A DNA stretch of 64,000 bases from Gammaproteobacteria bacterium F7 (GTDB lineage Bacteria > Pseudomonadota > Gammaproteobacteria > Pseudomonadales > IMCC2047), in contig LUKI01000006.1 in assembly GCA_001593685.1 (NCBI GenBank), positions 1,085 through 65,084 of the forward strand. Direction: 5' to 3'. A program made the position numbers and the translations under genes. This document shows, piece after piece, positions 32,206 through 41,777 of the stretch (its first letter is position 1; each line of letters opens with the position of its first letter). The notes below the pieces were generated by a model. That model was not told the DNA's origin, made no database searches, and saw only the letters and a program-made list of their open reading frames with translations.

Positions 32206-32279
32206 CTTTTGCCTGCAGGTAGGAAAACCGCTATCGGTTTTAGCTGCCGTAAGCACAAGAAAGGAGGGTATTGTTCAGT

Positions 32280-32324
32280 CTGCCGAGGAGCCTTTGCAAG
32301 TGAGCTTTCAAGGCTCCTCGGCAG
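32280..32324. other. Perfect 15-bp GC-rich inverted repeat in the intergenic gap
   Basis: CTGCCGAGGAGCCTT-N15-AAGGCTCCTCGGCAG. Confidence 0.8.
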
Positions 32325-32563
32325 CTAGAAAGAAAGTCTTTTGTTTATTTTAAGAAAATAGTTAAGAGGTCTCACAAAAGGTTTCGACTTAATCCCGAAG
32401 AGATTTCCAATCTACGATCAATTCTTAGTGCTGCTTTAGGAGTTAATGCAGAGCGCATAATTCCAGATGACTAGTTTCCTGATTTAGTTGGAAAAGGTTT
32501 CCATCTTTAGTTGGTTACCCAAGTATTTCTAATGAACCGGATCTTGTTACGTTATTCTCTTTA

Positions 32564-32591
32564 ATTTCCTGTAATAAAGATTACAGGAAAT
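32564..32591. other. 12-bp perfect inverted repeat downstream of TetR (terminator or operator)
   Basis: ATTTCCTGTAAT-AAAG-ATTACAGGAAAT. Confidence 0.55.
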
Positions 32592-32647
32592 AGTGTGGCG
32601 ATAAGCGACCTATTCATCCAAGCTTTTTTCTCTTTAGCTTTTGAACT

Positions 32648-33328
32648 TTATAGGCGCGAATCCCATTGCGCCAGCATAGAGTCAATATCGTCTGTTTTTT
32701 CATCCGCGCTTGCTGCCCAGGATTGCCGTAATAACGTTAATGTTTCCACTACATCATTGCGTGATGATTTATCTTTATTATCAAGCCACCAGAGAATAAC
32801 GCTCATCATCATGCCTATTTCTGCTCGTGCAGCAATCAGTGGATTAATGTTGCGACTTACATTGCCAGACGCTATGCCTCGTTTTATTTGTTTAATTCGC
32901 ATATCAATAATGGGCTCGAAAATATCCACGCCTTTTAATAGTTCGCTTGAATCTGTGTTTAGCGCGATTCTCATCAAATCTCTGTTTTGCTCTGCAAAAT
33001 CAAAAATCACGGTGATTTCTTCACGCTCTGTGTTCAAAGCGCTTTCTCCGCATCCATGAACAGCGAATATTGCTGCAGCCAGTTTTCCTATAGCCGTACG
33101 TAATATTTCAAGAAATAGCGCCTGTTTGTCTTTGAAGTGCAAATAAAACGTGCCGTTTGCAACGCCAGCATCTCGAGTGACCGCAGCTACTTTCATGCCG
33201 TGATAGCCAAATTTTGCAAATGCTTTGGTACCTGCATCAATTAATCGCCGACGGGTTTCGGACTTAAGCTGGTCTTTCACTGCTTGTGGAGATTCGTTGT
33301 GGCTGCTGTTCTGAGCATTGTTATCCAT
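32648..33328 (-). CDS. TetR/AcrR family transcriptional regulator
   Basis: RRRLIDAG..AFAKFGY..V..RDAGVANGTFYLHFKDK HTH. Confidence 0.92.
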   Translation of the reverse strand: MDNNAQNSSHNESPQAVKDQLKSETRRRLIDAGTKAFAKFGYHGMKVAAVTRDAGVANGTFYLHFKDKQALFLEILRTAIGKLAAAIFAVHGCGESALNTEREEITVIFDFAEQNRDLMRIALNTDSSELLKGVDIFEPIIDMRIKQIKRGIASGNVSRNINPLIAARAEIGMMMSVILWWLDNKDKSSRNDVVETLTLLRQSWAASADEKTDDIDSMLAQWDSRL

Positions 33329-33377
33329 GAGAATACAACTTTTCTTCTATTTTAAGTTTTTCCTATGATCACACATA

Positions 33378-33455
33378 ATGAGCTGTCTTTCACTAGATGA
33401 GATATCTCTCATGTATCCATATATAAGATGTCTCATTTAATGAGAGATATCTCAT
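33378..33455. promoter_or_regulatory. Array of four related 16-bp ATGAG-N6-CTCAT-type palindromes (probable operators)
   Basis: 33378 ATGAGCTGTCTTTCAC, 33397 ATGAGATATCTCTCAT, 33421 ATATAAGATGTCTCAT, 33440 ATGAGAGATATCTCAT, just upstream of tetR. Confidence 0.65.
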
Positions 33456-33665
33456 AATCATATTATTTAGTGCTAATATTGAAAGTAAGTACTTACGTTT
33501 ATTTTTAGGTTGGGGATAATTTATAGAATGGAGTTTTAAAAAATTTACAGAACCGGCTTTAAAGCGACTGCTATTGGCTTGAAAAACAACACACTTCTTC
33601 ACCCTTCAACAGCAATTCCGTACACTAGGCAAAACAACTAAAAACAACCAACGGTCAGGATTGCA

Positions 33666-34835
33666 ATGGAACACGGAACAATCGCTTTTTCTTTCTTTTT
33701 GATTTTTAGCGGCGCAGCGGTGCTTGCCTCCATTGCTTTATATACACGCCAGCCTCTCCTCGTTGCTTATATCGCACTTGGTGCCATTCTTGGCCCATTC
33801 GGTTTTGGTTTTATCACCAATACCGGGTTATTAACGGACATTTCAAAAATTGGCATTATCTTCCTGTTGTTTTTACTTGGCTTAGATATGCAGCCAAAAA
33901 ACATGATGCTGATGCTCAGGAAGGCAACATTTGTCGCATTACTTAGTTCAGGTATTTTTGCTGCGACGGGCTACTTGTTAGCGCAAGCCTTTGGATTTAC
34001 TCAGGCCGAAAGCTTTGTGATTGGTATCGCAATGATGTTTTCCAGCACCATTATTGGTATCAAGCTTTTGCCAACAACGGTTTTACACCACCGGTACACC
34101 GGTGAATTGGTCGTTGGCTTATTATTATTGCAGGATTTAATCGCCATATTTGTGTTACTGGTGCTCTATACCAATGAGACAGGTGAAGCCTCTGTCACCC
34201 AATATTTGTGGGCGGTGGTGTCTTTACCTGTTTTAGTTGGCGTAGCTGTTGTGTTTGTTAAGTATGTGCTGCTGTCATTGATACAGCGTTTTGACCGTTT
34301 TCAGGAATATATCTTTTTGATTGCGATTGGTTGGTGCTTAGGGCTTGCAGAACTCGCTGAATTTATGGGACTTTCAAGTGAAATCGGGGCATTCATTGCG
34401 GGAATTGCCCTCGCCACTAGCCCTATTGCACAGTTTATTGCTATTAGCTTAAAACCGCTGCGTGACTTCTTTTTGATTCTTTTCTTCTTCTCCATTGGCG
34501 CTGGCTTTAATCTGGGCCTTGTTAGTGAAATTGTTGTGCCGGCTGTATTGCTGGCTATTTTAGTGCTGGTGATTAAACCCGTTACCTTTAGGGTGCTGCT
34601 GGCAAAAATAAGTGATTCTAACAAACTGGCCTGGGAGGTTGGTTTCCGTCTTGGCCAGATTAGTGAGTTTTCGCTATTGATCGCTTACATTGCAACCAGT
34701 ATTGCACTGATTGGAGAGCGCGCGTCGGTATTAATTCAGGCGACCGCAATACTGACTTTCCTGGCGTCTTCTTATCTGGTGGTATTCCGCTACCCTACCC
34801 CTATCGCTGTTTCCGACGAACTACGTAGAGACTAG
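33666..34835 (+). CDS. CPA2 family cation:proton antiporter (no TrkA domain)
   Basis: RQPLLVAYI..G..LGP, FSST, QDL, GAFIAG, RDFF, GQISEFS. Confidence 0.88.
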   Translation: MEHGTIAFSFFLIFSGAAVLASIALYTRQPLLVAYIALGAILGPFGFGFITNTGLLTDISKIGIIFLLFLLGLDMQPKNMMLMLRKATFVALLSSGIFAATGYLLAQAFGFTQAESFVIGIAMMFSSTIIGIKLLPTTVLHHRYTGELVVGLLLLQDLIAIFVLLVLYTNETGEASVTQYLWAVVSLPVLVGVAVVFVKYVLLSLIQRFDRFQEYIFLIAIGWCLGLAELAEFMGLSSEIGAFIAGIALATSPIAQFIAISLKPLRDFFLILFFFSIGAGFNLGLVSEIVVPAVLLAILVLVIKPVTFRVLLAKISDSNKLAWEVGFRLGQISEFSLLIAYIATSIALIGERASVLIQATAILTFLASSYLVVFRYPTPIAVSDELRRD

Positions 34836-34874
34836 CTTTATCCGAATGTAATCACCTTCGCAGCGCGCAACGTT

Positions 34875-35360
34875 ATGATAGCTAACCAATTAGCTTTTGG
34901 TCTTTTAATCGGGTTGGGCGTTTTTTTAAGCGCCTGCGGAGGTGAACGATCTAGCGCTGGGCATTTAGAAGGTTACTCTAAAGCGCAGATTATTATGCCA
35001 ACGGGTGAAAGCTTCGTTGTTTATAATGCAAAAACCCTTGAGGAGCGCCGTTTAGGTTTAAGTCGAATACAAGGCAAGGATTTTGATGCTAGTCGAGGCA
35101 TGCTATTTATTTATCAGGACAGCGCGGCAAGACAGCTTTGGATGCCGGAGACATATTTTGATATTGATGCCTTTTTTCTAAATGAGGAGCTGCAAATCAT
35201 TGATGCGCACCGCGCACTAAAACACTTTCCGCACAAAGCTCACGAAGGCAATGTACCACGCTCTAAAAAAGTGCTGGCTCATTATATTCTGGAGCTCAAA
35301 TCTGAATCGGTGTTGGCTGAGAAATTAAAGCTTGGAATGAAGCTAAAGCTTAGAAATTAG
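34875..35360 (+). CDS. DUF192 family lipoprotein
   Basis: Lipobox LSA-C; ERRLGLS, GMLF, WMPET..DIDAFF, YILEL. Confidence 0.75.
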   Translation: MIANQLAFGLLIGLGVFLSACGGERSSAGHLEGYSKAQIIMPTGESFVVYNAKTLEERRLGLSRIQGKDFDASRGMLFIYQDSAARQLWMPETYFDIDAFFLNEELQIIDAHRALKHFPHKAHEGNVPRSKKVLAHYILELKSESVLAEKLKLGMKLKLRN

Positions 35361-35371
35361 AAAAGAGTAAG

Positions 35372-35404
35372 TAAAACCCGCCGGTTAAGGCCCAGCGGGT
35401 TTTA
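35372..35404. terminator. Bidirectional intrinsic terminator
   Basis: TAAAACCCGC...GCGGGTTTTA between convergent genes. Confidence 0.8.
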
Positions 35405-35427
35405 TTAACACTCTCAAGGTAGGCGTT

Positions 35428-36387
35428 TTACAGATCCAATACCAACGTTCCCTTGGCTCTTGAGCAGCAAGGTAAAATAACATCGCCAGCCTCTTTCTCT
35501 GGGTCTGTCAGGAAGAAATCCTGATGATCGATATCACCTTCGATCACTGTGGTCATACAGGTGCCGCAGACGCCTTGCTCGCAGGATACCGGAATGTCGA
35601 TCCCCTGCTCCTCCAACACTTCTGTTATTGATGAATCCTCTGGAATATCAATAACTTGGCCAGTACTATTGATAATAACTTTAAAGCTAGAATCATTTTC
35701 ATGGTCTTCATTTACCGAGAAGTATTCTCGGTGTACGTCGGTTGGATTCCAGTTTGAAGCGGCATCAATAACAGCATCCATAAAACCCTGTGGTCCGCAA
35801 ACATAGAGGCTTGTTGCTTCGGGCTGAGTGCCTACCAAGCTAGGAATATCCAGCAATTGCTCATCACCTGCATCATCAAAGTGAAACTTAACATTTGCTG
35901 CAAATGCGCTGCTCTTTAATTGATCAACGAAGGCCGTGCGCTGTTCACTGCGCGAGCAATAGTGTAGCTCAAACGCTTTACCAAGGTCGCTCAATCGCTG
36001 GGCCATTGATAGTAATGGCGTAATGCCGATACCACCAGCTAAAAGAATGAACTGCTCTGCAGCGCCTTCCTGGAGGTGGAAGTGATTACGAGGCTGACTT
36101 ATTTTGAGCAAATCCCCTTCTTTCACTGAGTCATGAATTTCTAATGAGCCACCACGGCTATCCGGGTCACGTAGAATACCCAAGCAGTAGCGATGTGTTT
36201 CCGATGGTGAATTCCAAAGCGAGTATTGGCGTAGAGTGCCGGTTTTTGGTAGATGCACATCAATGTGTGATCCCGCTGTAAAAGCGGGTAAATCATTACC
36301 GGCCGGATCGACTAATTCTAAGGTAATAATGCCGGCAGCTTCCTGTGCTCTTTTCGCAACTTTTACGGTCAATAGTTCGGTGGTCAT
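35428..36387 (-). CDS. PDR/VanB family oxidoreductase (FMN + 2Fe-2S reductase of a Rieske oxygenase)
   Basis: GSHID, RQYSL, SRGGS, PRNHF, AGGIGITP, YVCGP, SCEQGVCGTC...CCSR. Confidence 0.92.
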   Translation of the reverse strand: MTTELLTVKVAKRAQEAAGIITLELVDPAGNDLPAFTAGSHIDVHLPKTGTLRQYSLWNSPSETHRYCLGILRDPDSRGGSLEIHDSVKEGDLLKISQPRNHFHLQEGAAEQFILLAGGIGITPLLSMAQRLSDLGKAFELHYCSRSEQRTAFVDQLKSSAFAANVKFHFDDAGDEQLLDIPSLVGTQPEATSLYVCGPQGFMDAVIDAASNWNPTDVHREYFSVNEDHENDSSFKVIINSTGQVIDIPEDSSITEVLEEQGIDIPVSCEQGVCGTCMTTVIEGDIDHQDFFLTDPEKEAGDVILPCCSRAKGTLVLDL

Positions 36388-36443
36388 GTAAAGTACTTCC
36401 TGATTCTGGGGTTAGCAAAGGGCCAGGTGGTTTATTTACCTGT

Positions 36444-36476
36444 AAAAAAACCCCTGAACAGAAACCTGTACAGGGG
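36444..36476 (-). terminator. Intrinsic terminator after pyk
   Basis: Minus strand CCCCTG...CAGGGG followed by TTTTTTT. Confidence 0.75.
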
Positions 36477-36506
36477 CTGGTAGTCAGCGTGCTGATAAAC
36501 TCTTAA

Positions 36507-37919
36507 TTACTTAACAGTTTCAATACGCAGCATGTTGGTTGTGCCAGGAACACCAAAAGGCACGCCGGCAGTGATAACCGTTTTGTCGCCGGACTTTGAG
36601 AAGCCGGCTTCAACTGCTTTAGCCAAAGCAAAATCAACCATCTCAGATTGCAGTTCGAATTTCTCACTGTATAACGGGTAAACACCCCAAACAAGAGATA
36701 GGCGACGCGCTGTTTCCGGGCTATGAGATAGCGACAGAATTGGCGCAGCTGGACGCTCACGTGAAGCTTGCAGCGTCGAGAAGCCAGAAGAGGTGTAGTT
36801 AATAATTGCCGAGATATCGAGCAGGTGTGTAGTGCTTTGCAGCGCCAAGCTAATGGCACTCTCAACAGTCGGCTCGTAAGCTGGCTCAGTTGTGTCGAGA
36901 ACCTGATAGTACAGCGGGTCGGACTCAACCTCGCGGATGATATCGGTCATCATTGTAACCGCTTCAACCGGGAAATCGCCGGAAGCGGTTTCAGCTGACA
37001 GCATAACTGCATCAGCACCTTCGTACACAGCGTTTGCAACGTCACTTACTTCAGCACGCGTTGGACGCGGCTTATCACGCATAGATTCAAGCATCTGAGT
37101 GGCAACGATGACAGGCTTGGCATATTGACGACACAGCTTGATCATCATTTTTTGCAGGCCAGGTACTTGGTGTGCTGGCATTTCAACACCCAAATCACCA
37201 CGCGCAACCATCACGGCGTCAGTGACTTTAACGATCTCTTCGAATTGCTCAACAGCCGAAGGCTTTTCGATTTTAGCAACCAGTGTGGCGCGACCTGCGA
37301 TTTTCTCTTTAGCCGCAATAACATCAGCTGGAGTTTGTACAAATGATAGCGCAACCCAATCAACGTTTTGGCTAAGACCGAACTCCATGTCGATCATGTC
37401 TTTCTCTGTCAGAGGGTTAACTTTGCCCAGGTTGCCAGGCATGTTAACGCCCTTACGCTCGCCGAGCTCGCCGCCAACAACAACTTCAGTAACAACGTGG
37501 TCATCAGCTGCTTCAGTGATCACCAGGCGCAGGTTGCCGTCGTCGAGGAATACTTCAGAGCCAACGCCCAGTGAGCCAATCGCTTCTGGGTGTGGAAAGC
37601 AAACACGAGTTTCGTCGCCTGGAGTAGGATCCATGTCCAGTGTGAATTTTGCGCCATTCACGAGGTTGACTGGGCCATTCTGGAAAGTGCCTACGCGGAA
37701 TTTAGGACCCTGAAGGTCCATTAAAACGCCAACGGGCTTGTTCAGTTTTTCGCCCGCTTCACGTACCCATGCGATGCGTTGAGCATGTTCTTCATGGCTA
37801 CCGTGACTGAAGTTAATACGGAATACATTGGCACCAGCTTCAATCAGAGCGCAAACCTTTTCCAGGCTTGATGTTGCTGGTCCTAATGTAGCTAGGATTT
37901 TAGTATGGTTAATTGACAT
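36507..37919 (-). CDS. pyk: Pyruvate kinase
   Basis: TKILATLGP, RINFSHG, DLQGPK, AKIEK, MVARGDLGVE, ATQMLESM, PTRAEVSD, MLSAETA. Confidence 0.96.
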   Translation of the reverse strand: MSINHTKILATLGPATSSLEKVCALIEAGANVFRINFSHGSHEEHAQRIAWVREAGEKLNKPVGVLMDLQGPKFRVGTFQNGPVNLVNGAKFTLDMDPTPGDETRVCFPHPEAIGSLGVGSEVFLDDGNLRLVITEAADDHVVTEVVVGGELGERKGVNMPGNLGKVNPLTEKDMIDMEFGLSQNVDWVALSFVQTPADVIAAKEKIAGRATLVAKIEKPSAVEQFEEIVKVTDAVMVARGDLGVEMPAHQVPGLQKMMIKLCRQYAKPVIVATQMLESMRDKPRPTRAEVSDVANAVYEGADAVMLSAETASGDFPVEAVTMMTDIIREVESDPLYYQVLDTTEPAYEPTVESAISLALQSTTHLLDISAIINYTSSGFSTLQASRERPAAPILSLSHSPETARRLSLVWGVYPLYSEKFELQSEMVDFALAKAVEAGFSKSGDKTVITAGVPFGVPGTTNMLRIETVK

Positions 37920-37929
37920 AAATTGGGAC

Positions 37930-39189
37930 TCAGGAAGTAATTAAAATAGCTCGGAAATCGTTGACGTTGGTGCGTGTAGGACCTGTGATGATCAAATCGC
38001 CCAGCTGCTTGAATACGTTGTAGCCATCGTTGTTGTCGAGCATAGCGTGCAGGTCAATGCCTGCGTCAATCGCGCGCTGGAAACTTTCAGGTGTCAGGAT
38101 GGCGCCGGCATTATCTTCGGTACCATCAATACCATCGGTATCAACAGCAATTGCATAAACACGTTCTTTGCCTTTCAGGCTGCATAACAGGCTCAGCATA
38201 AACTCGGCATTACGACCACCCTGCCCGTTACCACGAACAGTTACTGTTGTTTCACCGCCAGATAAAATCACGCAAGGTGATGGCAGTGGCTGACCGTAGT
38301 TAATGACTTGTTCAGCCATCGCTGCGTGGAATTTGGCAATCTCGCGAGACTCACCTTCTACACAGTCGCTCAGAATAATGCTTGGCAGGCCCATTTCTTT
38401 ACAGGCTGCCGCCGCCGCTTCTAGGCTCTTTTGAGGTGTAGCAATCATGTGGAATTCATTGCCTGCCAGGCGAGGGTCTTCAGGCTTAACCGTTTCAGCT
38501 TCTGGTGTGTTTAACCAGTCACGCACGTTTTGGGGAATATCGAAGCCGTAACGGTCGATAATCGCTAGCGCATCAGCTGAGGATGTTGGATCACCAATGG
38601 TTGGGCCGGAGGCGATCACATCTGGATCATCACCTGGCACATCGGAAATACCTAATGTAACAACTTTTGCCGGTGCGCAATGTGCGCCCAGACGACCACC
38701 TTTAATGGCCGACAGGTGCTTACGAACACAGTTCATTTCAGAAATGGTGGCGCCAGACTTCAGCAAAGATTTGTTGATTTGCTGTTTGTCGGCCAGCGTC
38801 AGGCCAGGTGCAGGCAGTGCCAGCAGTGAAGAACCACCACCAGAGATCAGGCAGAGCACCAGATCGTCTTCGGTCAGGCCTTCAACAGATTCAAGAATGC
38901 GTTTGGCTACAGCTTCACCGGCACCATCAGGTACTGGGTGGGCGGCTTCAACAACTTCGATATAATCAGTTTCTAAGCCGTGGTCGTAGCGTGTTACAAC
39001 CAAGCCAGACAGTTCTCCTGTCCAGTGGTTTTCCAAAGCTTTGGCCATGGATGCTGCGGCTTTACCGGCACCAATAACAACGGTGCGGCCTTTAGGCTGC
39101 TCAGGCAGGTAATCCTGCATAACTTGCAGTGGGTCAGCTGCGCCAACGGCAGCCTCAAATAAACGATTTAGCGTATCACGTGGATCCAT
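37930..39189 (-). CDS. ttuD: Glycerate 2-kinase, MOFRL/TtuD family
   Basis: GAGKAA, HPVPD, ISGGGSSL, RKHLSAIKGG, SDVPGD, SGGETTV, GGRN, DTDGIDG, TRTNVND. Confidence 0.9.
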   Translation of the reverse strand: MDPRDTLNRLFEAAVGAADPLQVMQDYLPEQPKGRTVVIGAGKAAASMAKALENHWTGELSGLVVTRYDHGLETDYIEVVEAAHPVPDGAGEAVAKRILESVEGLTEDDLVLCLISGGGSSLLALPAPGLTLADKQQINKSLLKSGATISEMNCVRKHLSAIKGGRLGAHCAPAKVVTLGISDVPGDDPDVIASGPTIGDPTSSADALAIIDRYGFDIPQNVRDWLNTPEAETVKPEDPRLAGNEFHMIATPQKSLEAAAAACKEMGLPSIILSDCVEGESREIAKFHAAMAEQVINYGQPLPSPCVILSGGETTVTVRGNGQGGRNAEFMLSLLCSLKGKERVYAIAVDTDGIDGTEDNAGAILTPESFQRAIDAGIDLHAMLDNNDGYNVFKQLGDLIITGPTRTNVNDFRAILITS

Positions 39190-39243
39190 GACCTTCCTTT
39201 ATTTTTCTAGCGTCACAAAAAGGGGGTAAGACTACACTGAAAC

Positions 39244-40128
39244 TCAGCCAATTTCAAAGTCAGACATTGTTTCCAGCGCCTTAATTAAGGCTGAGTGATC
39301 CCAATCTTTCCCGCCTTTCGCGGCGCATACATTAAAGAGTTCTTGTGTGCTGGCCGTATTTGGTAAGGCAATGCCCATTTCGCGAGCGCCATCAAGTGCC
39401 AGGTTCAAATCTTTCTGGTGCAAACGAATACGAAATCCTGGTTCAAAGGTACGCTTAAGCATACGCTCGCCATGTACCTCTAATACTTTCGATGAGGCAA
39501 AACCTCCCATCAGGGCTTCGCGGACTTTCTCTGGATCAGCACCTGTTTTGGCTGCAAATACCAATGCTTCACTGACGGCCTCAATGTTTAAGGCGACAAC
39601 AATGTTGTTCGCTACTTTGCAAGTCTGGCCATCACCATTGTCGCCGATCAACGTCACATTGCCTCCCATTACCTCAAATAACGGCAAGGCTTTATCAAAA
39701 GCCGTCTGCGGGCCTCCGACCATAATAGTAAGTGTTGCGTTTTGTGCGCCTACTTCACCACCAGAAACCGGAGCATCAAGGTAATCGCAGCCCAGCGCAT
39801 TTATTTTTTGAGCAAAAGCTTTTGTCTCAAGCGGACTGACGGTGCTCATATCGATGACTAATTTGCCGGCACTCAAACCAGCTGCAACGCCGTCATCGGC
39901 AAATAACACTGCTTCAACATCAGGGGTATCGGGTACCATGATAATGATAATATCTGCAGCTTCAGTAACAGCTTTAATGGTTGGCAGTGCTGTGGCACCT
40001 GCTTCAAGTAATTCAGGACGGGCGGCACTGCGGTGCTCCGAAACAAACAGCTCATGACCAGCTTTTTGCAAATGCTGCGCCATGGGAAAACCCATAATGC
40101 CTGTACCAATAAAACCTACTTTACTCAT
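39244..40128 (-). CDS. glxR: 2-hydroxy-3-oxopropionate (tartronate semialdehyde) reductase
   Basis: GFIGTGIMG, MVPDTPDV, DAPVSGGEVGA, GQTCKVAN, GGFASS, PGFRI.LHQKDL; between hyi and ttuD. Confidence 0.92.
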   Translation of the reverse strand: MSKVGFIGTGIMGFPMAQHLQKAGHELFVSEHRSAARPELLEAGATALPTIKAVTEAADIIIIMVPDTPDVEAVLFADDGVAAGLSAGKLVIDMSTVSPLETKAFAQKINALGCDYLDAPVSGGEVGAQNATLTIMVGGPQTAFDKALPLFEVMGGNVTLIGDNGDGQTCKVANNIVVALNIEAVSEALVFAAKTGADPEKVREALMGGFASSKVLEVHGERMLKRTFEPGFRIRLHQKDLNLALDGAREMGIALPNTASTQELFNVCAAKGGKDWDHSALIKALETMSDFEIG

Positions 40129-40242
40129 GTATGCCCCTTAGTTATTTAACCGGTCTGAATTTTTGAAGCTGCGTATTATAACGAAATCCGGCGCCAAAGA
40201 CGCCGGAAAACCAATAAAACCCCAACCTAAAGCTGCTTTATA

Positions 40243-41028
40243 TCAAAGTGTTATACCACACTCTTCAATCCAGCCCAGACCATCTTCCGTATAGCCTTCT
40301 GGAATGTATTCGCAACCCACCCAGCCGTCATAACCAATACTATCCAGATGATTTAGCAGGAATTTATAATCAATCTCTCCCGTACCGGGTTCATGACGGC
40401 CCGGTGTGTCAGCAATCTGAATATGCCTGATTTTCTTCAGGTTTGACTCGATGGTTGCGGCCAGATTGCCCTCCATGATCTGCATGTGAAAACAGTCATA
40501 TTGAAAAGCAAAGTTACGGCTGTTGACCTCATCAACGAGTTTAAAGCCCTGGGCGCTGTTGTTCAGGAAAAAGCCCGGCATACTGGTTGTGTTAATAGCC
40601 TCAGCCAATAACATCACACCTTCTGATTGCATCCTATCAGCCGCATATTTCAAATTTGCGACAAGTGTTTCATGCGCTTGCTCTTCGCTGACACCCTTAG
40701 GCAGCAAGCCCGCTAAAGCGTTGCATTGCTGACAATCGAGCGCCTTAGCATAGTCAATCGCCACATCAACGCCCTCGCGAAACTCGTTAATCCGGTTTGG
40801 GTCGCAGGCAATGCCGCGGTCACCGCCGCGCCAGTCGCCAGCAGGCAGATTGAAAAGTACTTGTTTAAGGTTGTGTTTTTCCAGCAGCTCAGCAATTTCA
40901 CCGGCATCGCGATTATAGGGGAACAGATATTCTACTCCCTTAAATCCACAGTTAGCGGCTGCCTCAAAGCGGTCGAGAAAATAAAAATTGGTAAATAGCA
41001 TGCTGAGATTAGCGGCTAATTTTGGCAT
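40243..41028 (-). CDS. hyi: Hydroxypyruvate isomerase
   Basis: AANLSMLF, VEYLFPY, EAIN, YDCFHMQ, HIQIADTPGRHEPGTGEI, VGCEY. Confidence 0.93.
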   Translation of the reverse strand: MPKLAANLSMLFTNFYFLDRFEAAANCGFKGVEYLFPYNRDAGEIAELLEKHNLKQVLFNLPAGDWRGGDRGIACDPNRINEFREGVDVAIDYAKALDCQQCNALAGLLPKGVSEEQAHETLVANLKYAADRMQSEGVMLLAEAINTTSMPGFFLNNSAQGFKLVDEVNSRNFAFQYDCFHMQIMEGNLAATIESNLKKIRHIQIADTPGRHEPGTGEIDYKFLLNHLDSIGYDGWVGCEYIPEGYTEDGLGWIEECGITL

Positions 41029-41177
41029 CGTTTGTCCCCTTAAACGGCTTTAATGGTCAAAAATTGTGGCCTAATTTTATATTGATAGAAAATAATTATG
41101 GCCGTATGTTAACGCGGCTAAATTGCTTCTAGACTTGTCCTAGATCAAACAACCGCCATTTCCTACTAGAGAGCCCC

Positions 41178-41777
41178 ATGACCGATAAACACTTTATTGA
41201 TGCTAACAGCCAACAACAGGACGCCTTTGAGCTGGCAGCCCGAGTCATGCAAAGCGGTTTTCAGCCGACTTTTATTGTCGCTATCTGGCGTGGCGGTGCC
41301 GCTATCGGCGCTACAGTACAGGAGTTTTTAGCCTGTTGCGGCTGTAAAACTGACCATATCGCCATTCGCACCTCATCCTACCTAGGTATTGATAAACGCA
41401 GCGCCGATATTCGCGTTCATGGTCTGCATTATCTGACCAAAAGACTAACCAGCGAAGATCGAGTGTTATTGGTTGATGATGTGCACGATACAGGCTTGAG
41501 CCTTGCCGAGGTTATCAAACAAATTCATCAGCAGTCCGAGCATCAGCCGCAGGAGATTCGTAGCGCTACACTTTATTACAAGCCAACTAACAGCCAGGTA
41601 AGTTTCAAACCCGATTATTATCTACATGAAACCGATAAATGGCTGGTATTCCCTCACGAACTTGCTGGCTTGACTCCGCAAGAACTCATCGAACATAAAC
41701 CCGGAATAGCAAGCGTTAAAGACTGGCTGCTCTCACATCATCAGGATATGGATTACAAAAACACGCATCAGGAATAA
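41178..41777 (+). CDS. Type I phosphoribosyltransferase (purine PRT-like)
   Basis: IWRGG, VLLVDDVHDTGLS (PRPP loop), KP..PDYY...WLVFPHE. Confidence 0.85.
   Translation: MTDKHFIDANSQQQDAFELAARVMQSGFQPTFIVAIWRGGAAIGATVQEFLACCGCKTDHIAIRTSSYLGIDKRSADIRVHGLHYLTKRLTSEDRVLLVDDVHDTGLSLAEVIKQIHQQSEHQPQEIRSATLYYKPTNSQVSFKPDYYLHETDKWLVFPHELAGLTPQELIEHKPGIASVKDWLLSHHQDMDYKNTHQE

Noticed and set aside
41768-41777. 10-bp convergent overlap of the PRTase gene and sohB
   Set aside because: Short 3' overlaps are common, and there is no further signal
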